From NCBI GenBank assembly GCA_964016885.1, contig OZ024740.1, positions 39,432,001 to 39,496,000 of the forward strand: a stretch of 64,000 nucleotides of DNA. The letters run 5' to 3'. The position numbers and the translations under genes are program-made. Under the pieces are notes generated by a model. The model was not told the origin of the DNA. It did not search any database and worked only from the letters and a program-made list of their open reading frames with translations. The DNA comes from Eledone cirrhosa. Its lineage: Eukaryota. This document shows, piece by piece, positions 22,265 to 32,100 of this stretch (positions are counted from its first letter, which is position 1; each line of letters starts with the position of its first letter).

Positions 22265-24242
22265 TCTTTCTCTTTTTCTTCCACGTATTCCTGCGAGGGT
22301 CGTGGGAGCAGTGTCCTCAAGCAGACCTATGATTGTGGGAGCAGTGTCCTCAAGCAGACCTATGATTGTGGGAGCAGTGTCCTCAAGCAGACCTAGGGTC
22401 GTGGGAGCAGTGTCCTCAAGCAGACCTATGATCGTGGGAGCAGTGTCCTCAAGCAGACCTAGGGTCGTGGGAGCAGTGTCCTCAAGCAGACCTAGGATCG
22501 TGGGAGCAGTGTCCTCAAGCAGACCTAGGATCGTGGGAGCAGTGTCCTCAAGCAGACCTAGGATCGTGGGAGCAGTGTCCTCAAGCAGACCTAGGGTCGT
22601 GGGAGCAGTGTCCTCAAGCAGACCTAGGGTCGTGGGAGCAGTGTCCTCAAGCAGACCTATGATTGTGGGAGCAGTGTCCTCAAGCAGACCTAGGGTCGTG
22701 GGAGCAGTGTCCTCAAGCAGACCTAGGATCGTGGGAGCAGTGTCCTCAAGCAGACCTAGGATCGTGGGAGCAGTGTCCTCAAGCAGACCTAGGATCGTGG
22801 GAGCAGTGTCCTCAAGCAGACCTAGGGTCGTGGGAGCAGTGTCCTCAAGCAGACCTAGGGTCGTGGGAGCAGTGTCCTCAAGCAGACCTAGGGTCGTGGG
22901 AGCAGTGTCCTCAAGCAGACCTAGGATCGTGGGAGCAGTGTCCTCAAGCAGACCTAGGATCGTGGGAGCAGTGTCCTCAAGCAGACCTAGGATCGTGGGA
23001 GCAGTGTCCTCAAGCAGACCTAGGGTCGTGGGAGCAGTGTCCTCAAGCAGACCTAGGGTCGTGGGAGCAGTGTCCTCAAGCAGACCTAGGGTCGTGGGAG
23101 CAGTGTCCTCAAGCAGACCTAGGATCGTGGGAGCAGTGTCCTCAAGCAGACCTAGGATCGTGGGAGCAGTGTCCTCAAGCAGACCTAGGATCGTGGGAGC
23201 AGTGTCCTCAAGCAGACCTAGGATCGTGGGAGCAGTGTCCTCAAGCAGACCTAGGATCGTGGGAGCAGTGTCCTCAAGCAGACCTAGGATCGTGGGAGCA
23301 GTGTCCTCAAGCAGACCTAGGATCGTGGGAGCAGTGTCCTCAAGCAGACCTATGATTGTGGCAGCAGTGTCCTCAAGCAGACCTATGATTGTGGGAGCAG
23401 TGTCCTCAAGCAGACCTAGGATCGTGGGAGCAGTGTCCTCAAGCAGACCTAGGATCGTGGGAGCAGTGTCCTCAAGCAGACCTATGATTGTGGGAGCAGT
23501 GTCCTCAAGCAGACCTAGGATCGTGGGAGCAGTGTCCTCAAGCAGACCTAGGATCGTGGGAGCAGTGTCCTCAAGCAGACCTATGATTGTGGGAGCAGTG
23601 TCCTCAAGCAGACCTATGATTGTGGGAGCAGTGTCCTCAAGCAGACCTAGGATCGTGGGAGCAGTGTCCTCAAGCAGACCTAGGGTCGTGGGAGCAGTGT
23701 CCTCAAGCAGACCTAGGGTCGTGGGAGCAGTGTCCTCAAGCAGACCTAGGGTCGTGGGAGCAGTGTCCTCAAGCAGACCTAGGATCGTGGGAGCAGTGTC
23801 CTCAAGCAGACCTATGATCGTGGGAGCAGTGTCCTCAAGCAGACCTATGATTGTGGGAGCAGTGTCCTCAAGCAGACCTAGGATCGTGGGAGCAGTGTCC
23901 TCAAGCAGACCTAGGATCGTGGGAGCAGTGTCCTCAAGCAGACCTAGGATCGTGGGAGCAGTGTCCTCAAGCAGACCTAGGATCGTGGGAGCAGTGTCCT
24001 CAAGCAGACCTAGGATCGTGGGAACAGTGTCCTCAAGCAGACCTATGATTGTGGGAGCAGTGTCCTCAAGCAGACCTAGGATCGTGGGAGCAGTGTCCTC
24101 AAGCAGACCTATGATTGTGGGAGCAGTGTCCTCAAGCAGACCTAGGATTGTGGGAGCAGTGTCCTCAAGCAGACCTAGGGTCGTGGGAGCAGTGTCCTCA
24201 AGCAGACCTTCCAGCGGGTACTGTCAGCAGCAACTGTCTCCA
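22265..24242 (-). mobile_element. 3' terminus of an RTE-clade (Rex3/Expander-like) LINE, expanded by an internal VNTR
   Basis: With the VNTR collapsed, the minus strand reads METVAADSTRWKVCLRTLLPRPSQEYVEE plus an AG-rich tail, like the Rex3 end E.VA..R..W..LLR.LPPRP. Confidence 0.7.
22296..24209 (+). repeat. 33-bp VNTR, about 58 units
   Basis: AGGATCGTGGGAGCAGTGTCCTCAAGCAGACCT with three main variants; 627 bp (19 units) longer than the left copy. Confidence 0.97.
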
Positions 24243-24243
24243 T

Positions 24244-24545
24244 ATGGGTAATGACCGAAAGAATACAAGCGTCTAAAATAGGGTTCATCTGAAGGGTCTT
24301 TGGGGTAACATTACTCATAGAGTGCGTAGCTCGGAGATCAGAGATTCGCTCCAGATGAAGTCACTATTTCTAGAAATCGCATCCCCGATACTATGGGTAT
24401 GTGGTTAGAATGTCTCAGGAAAGAATCACTGGACAGATTTTACGGGTAAAACCAACCAGCAGGAGACCCTGGCTAGACCCGGAGCAAGATAGTTGGATAA
24501 CATCCATGAGCTCGGCTGGTCTTGCTTGGGGATCAAACCAGATTG
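24244..24545 (+). mobile_element. RTE-clade LINE ORF C-terminal region, inverted relative to its 3' terminus
   Basis: With frameshifts it reads WVMTERIQASKIGFI*RVFGVTLL-RVRSSEIRDSLQMKSLFLEI-RYYGYVVRMSQERITGQILRVKPTSRRP-RPGAR*LDNIHELGWSCLGIKP, close to the Rex3/Expander pattern. Confidence 0.85.
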
Positions 24546-25008
24546 GAATTAATGTCATATGAAATGCAGTGGGGATTGCATCTGATATTTAGCAGTATTG
24601 TGACAACTCCGGATATATTTCCATCTCATTGGATCTCCTCAGAGAAGTATATATTTTGTGTTTGTTATTTTCCAGCTGCAGCCTGGAGTAGATCAAAAGT
24701 GTTCAAGCTGTGATTACCCTGTAGTTTTATATATAAGGGAACCCATTTTATAATCTATCCTTCTTTATTTAGATATGGTAGGATGGGATTTTGTCGGGAT
24801 TTAGCTTGTATTTCTAGTTTGTCTAATGATAATGTAGAGGGTGGCTGTGTGTGGCTTTGTTTATATATTAGGTGGTTGTTTTAATAAATACTGGTATCTC
24901 TGTAGTTTTAATCTCTATTTCCTGTCAACAAATATACTGTTGTATTTACTTATATATTCGTCACTACTTTCACAAAGACGAGAGGTCATACTTCATTGAA
25001 GAGTTCAG

Positions 25009-25093
25009 AATAAGACCGAAATAGCTGTCCCGAGTTGTCTGTTATATTTACTAGAAAACGTGGAAAATAATATTACTCGTTCATTAATAATAG
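25009..25093 (+). CDS. Candidate exon (acceptor uncertain); mirrored at 15708-15792 (-)
   Basis: Open frame NKTEIAVPSCLLYLLENVENNITRSLII with a phase-1 donor AG|GTGAGG that is compatible with the exon at 25937. Confidence 0.3.
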
Positions 25094-25300
25094 GTGAGGG
25101 TCTTGTTTATTGTATATTTATTTCTAATTAGCTTTTTAATGCTACTTGTATTAAAGGTTTGCCTGAAAATTGTTTATTAGAGGAAAATACTATTCCCTGT
25201 TATAGTGTAATACATCTTGGGAAATAAATAATTTTCTATATAGATGATAAACACAACCACAAGAATATGGTCCGAACGTGGAAGAGCTGAACTCCCACTG

Positions 25301-25586
25301 TCATCGCCTCCATCTCTCTTGCCCTCCCCATCTCTCTGTATGGTGAGCAAATGAGGTCCTTCGCGCTGGCCTCCTCACAACCCCGGCGGACAAAATGGAC
25401 AAGGCGATACCCCGGAGGATGGTAAGGGAAATGCGCTGGAAGAGCCATTCCAGCTTGCGAGGCTCACACCTGCGGCTAACCAGCTCAGCACCTATGGTGG
25501 TAAGTAGAGAGGTAGCCCTAGGGCCAAGGACACGAGAAGTCTCCACTGCCAAGGGTACGACCACAAAGATGACTACAACGTAAACC
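25301..25586 (-). mobile_element. CRE-clade retrotransposon 3' remnant (mirror of 15215-15500)
   Basis: Identical translation. Confidence 0.75.
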
Positions 25587-25587
25587 T

Positions 25588-25931
25588 ATCATTTTATGAT
25601 CGATTATAGATTATCGTATTGTAATCAATTGGTGGTTATCGTGTTTTGATCGATTATTGATTATCGTATTATGATTGGTTATTGATTATCGTATTATGAT
25701 CAATTGGTTATCGTATTATGATCAATTGGTTATCATATTATGATCAATGGTTGATTAGCATGTTATGATTGATTATTGATCATCGTGTTATGATCGATTA
25801 TTGATTATCGTACTATGATCGTTTATTCATTATCATGTTATGATCTATTATTAATTATCATGTTTTGATCTATTATTAATTATCACGTTTTGATTGATTA
25901 TTGATTAACATGTTATTATTGGTTATTGATC
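25588..25931. repeat. Degenerate, about 26-bp AT-rich minisatellite
   Basis: Mirror of 14870-15213. Confidence 0.85.
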
Positions 25932-25936
25932 ATCAG

Positions 25937-26116
25937 GTTATTACCATTCATTAAACATCATATTATCACAAATCAAAATATATAATAGACATCAAGATTT
26001 CTTATCTTCACTAAATGGTGTTTCCTTGGTTACAACAGTTGTCATAGCGACGGTCGTCATAGCTACAGTAATTATTCTTTTCCTTCCTTTCTGTGTTCTC
26101 GGCTTTCTGTTAGGTG
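25937..26116 (+). CDS. Candidate 180-nt phase 1-1 exon encoding a transmembrane helix
   Basis: CAG| acceptor and G|GTAAGG donor. Open frame GYYHSLNIILSQIKIYNRHQDFLSSLNGVSLVTTVVIATVVIATVIILFLPFCVLGFLLG fills exactly the unique gap between two tandem arrays. Confidence 0.45.
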
Positions 26117-26130
26117 GTAAGGTTTATCAA

Positions 26131-29100
26131 AGGTGTAATTAGTCAGGTTTATTAGAGAGATGTAATTAGTCAGGTTTATTAGAGAGATGTATTAGTCAGA
26201 TTTATTAGAGAGATGTAGTTAGTGTGGTACATTAAAGAGGTGCAATTAGTGAGGTATATTAAAGAGGTGTAATTAGTGTGGTACATTAAAGAGGTGTAAT
26301 TAGGGTGGTATATTAAAGAGGTGTAATTAGTGTGGTACATTAAAGAGGTGTAATTAGTGTGGTATATTAAAGAGGTGTAATTAGTGTGGTATATTAAAGA
26401 GGTGTAGTTAGTGTGGTATATTAAAGAGGTGTAATTAGTGTGGTATATTAAAGAGGTGCAATTAGTGTGGTATATTAAAGAGGTGCCATTAGTGTGGTAT
26501 ATTGAAGAGGTGTAATTAGTGTGGTATATTAAAGAGGTGCAATTAGTGTGGTATATTAAAGAGGTGTAATTAGTGTGGTATATTAAAGAGGTGTAATTAG
26601 TGTGGTACATTAAAGGGGTCATAATAGTGTAGTCCATTAAAGAGGTGTAATTAGTGTGGTATATTAAAGAGGTGTAATTAGTGTGGTATATTAAAGAGGT
26701 GTAGTTAGTGTGGTATATTAAAAGGTGTTGTTAGTGTGGTATATTAAAGAGGTGCAATTAGTGTGGTATATTAAAGAGGTGTAATTAGTGTGGTACATTA
26801 AAAAGGTGCAATGAGTGGGGTATATTAAAGAGGTGTAATTAGTGTGGTATATTAAAGAGGTCCAATTTGTGTGGTACATTAAAGAGATGTAATTAGGGTG
26901 GTACATTAAAGACGTGCAATTAGTGTGGTATATTAAAGAGGTGTAATTAGTGTGGTATATTAAAGAGGTGTACTTAGTGTGCTATATTAAAGAGGTGTAG
27001 TTAGTGTGGTTAATTAGAGACGTATAGTTAGTCAGGTTTATTAGAGAAGTGTAATTAGTGTGGTATATTAAAGAGGTGTAATTGGTGTGGTACATTAAAG
27101 AGGTGCAATTAGTGTGGTATATTAAAGAGGTGTAGTTAGTGTGGTTAATTAGAGACGTATAGTTAGTCAGGTTTATTAGAGAAGTGTAATTAGTGTGGTA
27201 TATTAAAGAGGTGTAATTGGTGTGGTACATTAAAGAGGTGCAATTAGTGTGGTATATTAAAGAGGTGTAGTTAGTGTGGTATATTAAAGAGGTGCAATTA
27301 GTGTGGTATATTAAAGAGGCGCAATTAGTGTGGTATATTAAAGAGGTGTAGTTAGTGTGGTACATTAAAGAATTGTAATTACTGTGGTATATTAAAGAGG
27401 TGCAATTAGTGTGGTATATTAAAGAGGTGCAATTAGTGTGGTATATTGAAGAGGTGTAATTAGTGTGGTACATTAAAGAGGTGTAATTAGTGTGGTATAT
27501 TAAAGAGGTGTAATTAGTGTGGTATATTAAAGAGGTGTAGTCAGTGTGGTATATTAAAGAGGTGTAGTTAGTGTGGTATATTAAAGAGGTATAATTAGTG
27601 TGGTACATTAAAGAGGTCCGATTAGTGTGGTACATTAAAGAGGTGTAATTAGGGTGGTACATAAAAGAAGTGTAGTTAGTGTGGTATATTAAAGAGGTGT
27701 AGTTAGTGTGGTATATTAAAGAGGTGTAATTAGTGTGGTATATTAAAGAGGTGTAGTTAGTGTGGTATATTAAAGAGGTGCAATTAGTGTGGTACATTAA
27801 AGAGGTGTAATTAGTGTGGTATATTAAAGAGGTGCAATTAGTGTGGTATATTAAAGACATGCAAATAATGTGGTATATTAAAAAGGTGTAATTAGTGTGG
27901 TACATTAAGAAGGTGTAATTAGTGTGATACATTAAAGAGGTGTAATTAGTGTGGTATATTAAAGAGGTGTAATTAGTGTGGTATATTAAAGAGGTCTAGT
28001 TAGTGTGGTATATTAAAGAGGTGTTGTTAGTGTTGTATATTAAAGAGGTGCAATTAGTGTGGTATATTAAAGAGGTGCAATTAGTGTGGTACATTAAAGA
28101 GGTCCAATTAGTGTGGTACATTAAAGAGGTGTAATTAGTGTGGTACATTAAAGAGGTGTAATTAGTGTGGTATATTAAAGAGGTGCAATTAGTGTGGTAT
28201 ATTAAAGAGGTGTAATTAGTGTGGTATATTAAAGAGGTCCAATTAGTGTGGTATATTAAAGAGGTGCCAATTAGTGTGGTATATTAAAGAGGTACAATTA
28301 GTGTGGAATATTGAAGAGGTGTAATTAGTGTGGTACATTAAAGAGGTGTAATTAGTGTGGTATATTAAAGAGGTGTAATTAGTGTGGTATATTAAAGAGG
28401 TGTAGTTAGTGTGGTATATTAAAGAGGTGTAGTTAGTGTGGTATATTAAAGAGGTGTAATTAGTGTGGTACATTAAAGAGGTCCAATTAGTGTGATAGAT
28501 TAAAGAGGTGTAATTAGGGTGGTACATAAAAGAAGTGTAGTTAGTGTGGTATATTAAAGAGGTGTAGTTAGTGTTGTATATTAAAGAGGTGTAATTAGTG
28601 TGGTATATTAAAGAGGTGTAGTTAGTGTGGTATATTAAAGAGGTGTAATTAGTGTGGTATATTAAAGAGGTGTAATTAATGTGGTATATTAAATAGGTGT
28701 AGTTAGTGTGGTATATTAAAGAGGTGCAATTAGTGTGGTATATTAAAGAGGTATAGTTAGTGTGGTATATTAAAGAGATATAATTAGTGTGTTACATTAA
28801 AGAGGTGTAATTAGTGTGGTATATTAAAGAGGTGTAGTTAGTGTGGTATATTAAAGAGGTGCAATTAGTGTGGTATATTAAAGAGGTGCAATTAGTATGG
28901 TATATTAAAGAGGTGTAGTTAGTGTGGTATATTAAAGAGGTGTAATTAGTGTGGTACATTAAAGAGGTGTAATTAGTGTGGTACATTAAAGAGGTTCAAT
29001 TAGTGTGGTATATTAAAGAGGTGTAATTAGTGTGGTACATTAAAGAGGTCAAATTAGTGTGGTACATTAAAGAGGTGTAATTAGGGTGGTACATTAAAGA

Positions 29101-32100
29101 GGTGTAATTAGTGTGATATATTAAAGAGGTGTAATTAGTGTGGTACATTAAAGAGGTATAATTAGTGTGGTATATTAAATAGGTGCAATTAGTGTGGTAT
29201 ATTAAAGAGGTGTAATTAGTGTGGTATATTAAAGAGGTCCAATTAATGTGGTACATTAAAGAGATGTAATTAGGGTGGTACATTAAAGAGGTGCAATTAG
29301 TGTGGTATATTAAAGAGGTGCAATTAGTGTGGTATATTGAAGAGGTGTAATTAGTGTGATATATTAAAGAGGTACAATTAGTGTTGTATATTAAAGAGGT
29401 GTAATTAGTGTGGTACATTAAAGAGGTGTAATTAGTGTGGTATATTAAAGAGGTGCAATTAGTGTGATATATTAAAGAGGTGTAATTAGCGTGGTATATT
29501 AAAGAGGTGTAGTTAGTGAGGTATATTAAAGAGGTGTACTTAGTGGGGTATATTAAAGAGGTGTAGTTAGTGTGGTTAATTAGAGATGTGTAGTTAGTCA
29601 GGTTTATTAGAGAAGTGTAATTAGTGTGGTATATTAAAGAGGTGTAATTGGTGTGGTACATTAAAGACGTGCAATTAGTGTGGTATATTAAAGAGGTGTA
29701 GTTAGTGTGGTATATTAAAGAGGTGCAATTAGTGTGGTATATTAAAGAGGTGTAATTAGTGTGGTATATTAAAGAGGTCCAATTAGTGTGGTACATTAAA
29801 GAGGTGTAATTAGGGTGGTACATTAAAGAGGTGTAAATAGCGTGGTACATTAAAGAGGTGTAATTAGGGTCGTACCTTAAAGAGGTGTAGTTAGTATGGT
29901 ACATTACAGAGGTGCAATTAGTGTGGTATATTAAAGAGGTGCAATTAGTGTGGTATATTAAAGAGGTGTAATTAGTGTGGTATGTTAAAGAGTTGTAATT
30001 AGTGAGGTATATTAAAGAGGTGTAATTAGTGTGGTATATTAAAGAGGTGTAATTAGTGTGGTATATTAAAGACGTGTAGTTAGTGTGGTTAATTAGAGAT
30101 GTGTAGTTAGTCAGGTTTATTAGAGAAGTGTAATTAGTGTGGTACATTAAAGGGGCGTAATTAGTGTGGTATATTAAAGAGGTGTAATTAGTGTGGTATA
30201 TTAAAGAGGTGTAGTTAGTGTGGTATATTAAAGATGTGTAGTTAGTGTGGTATATTAAAATGTGTAATTAGTGTGGTACATTAAGGAGGACCAATTAGTG
30301 TGGTACATTAAAGAGGTGTAATTAGGGTGGTACATTAAAGAAGTGTAGTTAGTGTGGTATATTAAAGAGGTGTAGTTTGTGTGGTATATTAAAGAGGTGT
30401 AATTAGTGTGGTATATTAAAGAGGTGTAGTTAGTGTGGTATATTAAAGAGGTGTACTTAGTGTGGTACATTAAAGAGGTGTAATTAGTGTGGTATAATAT
30501 AGAGGTGTAGTTAGTGTGGAATAATAAAGAGGTGCAATTAGTGTGGTATATTAAAGAGGTGTAATTAGTGTGGTATATTAAAGAGGTGCAATTAGTGTGG
30601 TATATTAAAGAGGTATAGTTAGTGAGGTATATTAAAGAGGTATAATTAGTGTGGTACATTAAAGAGGTGTAATTAGTGTGGTATATTAAATAGTTGTAAT
30701 TAGTGAGGTATAATAAAGACGTGTAATTAGTGTGGTATATTAAAGAGGTGTAATTAGTGTGGTATATTAAAGAGGTGTAGTTAGTGTGGTATATTGAAGA
30801 TGTGTAGTTAGTGTGGTATATTAAAAGGTGTAATTAGTGTGGTACGTTAAAGAGGTCCAATTAATGTCGTACATTGAAGAGGTGTAATTAGGGTGGTACA
30901 TTAAAGAAGTGTAGTTAGTGTGGTATATTAAAGAGGTGTAGTTAGTGTCGTATATTAAAGAGGTGTAATTAGTGTGGTATATTAAAGAGGTGTAGTTAGT
31001 ATGGTATATTAAAGAGGTGTACTTAGTGTGGTATATTAAAGAGGTGTAATTAGTGTGATATAATAAAGATGTGTAGTTAGTGTGGAATATTAAAGAGGTG
31101 CAATTAGTGTGGTATATTAAAGAGGTGTAATTAGTGTGGTATATTAAAGAGGTGCAATTAGTGTGGTATATTAAAGAGTTGTAATTAGTGAGGTATATTA
31201 AAGAGGTTTAATTAGTGTGGTATATTAAAGAAGTGTAATTAGTGTGGTACATAAAAGAGGTGTAGTTAGTGTGGTTAATTAGAGATGTGTAGTTAGTCAG
31301 GTTTATTAGAGAAGTGTAATTAGTGTGGTATATTAAAGAGGTGTAATTAGTGTGGTACATTAAAGAGGTGTAATTAGTGTGGTATATTAAAGAGGTGCAA
31401 TTAGTGTGGTATATTAAAGAGGTGTAGTTAGTGTGGTATATTAAAGAGGTGCAGTTAGTGTGGTATATTAAAGTGGTGTAATTAGTGTGGTATATTAAAG
31501 AGGTGTATTTAGTGTGGTATATTAAAAGGTGTAATTAGTGTGGTATATTAAAGAGGTGTAGTTAGTGTGGTATATTAGAGAGGTGCAATTAGTGTGGTAT
31601 ATTAAAGATGTCCAATTAGTGTGGTACATTAAAGAGGTGCAATTAGGGTGGTACATTAAAGAAGTGTAGTTAGTGTAGTATATTAAAGAGGTGTAGTTAG
31701 TGTGGTATATTAAAGAGGTGTAGTTAGTGTGGTATATTAGAGAGGTGCAATTAGTGTGGTATATTAAAGATGTCCAATTAGTGTGGTACATTAAAAAGGT
31801 GTAATTAGGGTGGTACATTAAAGAAGTGTAGTTAGTGTGGTATATTAAAGAGGTGTAGTTAGTGTGGTATATTAAAGAGGTGTAATTAGTGTGGTATATT
31901 AAAGAGGTGTAGTTAGTGTGGTATACTAAAAAGGTGCAATAAGTGTGGTATATTAAAGAGGTTCAATTAGTGTGGTATTTTAAAGAGGTGTAGTTAGTGT
32001 GGTACATTAAAGAGGTGTAATTAGTGTGGTAAATTAAAGAGGTGCAATTAGTGTGGTATATTAAAGAGGTGCAATTAGTGTGGTATATTAAAAAGGTGTA

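Larger units (their letters stand above)
21118..27348 (+). repeat. Right arm (probable source) of the inverted duplication
   Basis: Variant GAGCAG at 18890 pairs with CTGCTC at 21315; GCGCC at 13616 pairs with GGCGC at 27320. Confidence 0.95.

Noticed and set aside
11580-24209. CRISPR-like arrays (31- and 33-bp repeats)
   Set aside because: The units are head-to-tail with no unique spacers, there are no cas genes, and the context is eukaryotic.
22218-24251. 677-aa and 468-aa VGAVSSSRPRI ORFs with an apparent signal peptide, and WEQCPQADLGS ORFs
   Set aside because: They are antisense translations of a LINE-derived 33-bp VNTR. The start is a non-ATG codon in satellite, and the hydrophobic leader is the LINE tail read backwards.
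24655-24753. Strong acceptor TTTGTTATTTTCCAG followed by short frames (AAWSRSKVFKL*)
   Set aside because: There are stops in all frames within 80 nt and no convincing donor; it cannot be called without RNA data.
24996-25029. Hammerhead-like TTGAAGA-GTTC..GACC-GAAA-TAGCTG-TC
   Set aside because: The core C is missing, there is no stem I, and it overlaps a candidate exon; probably chance or too decayed to call.
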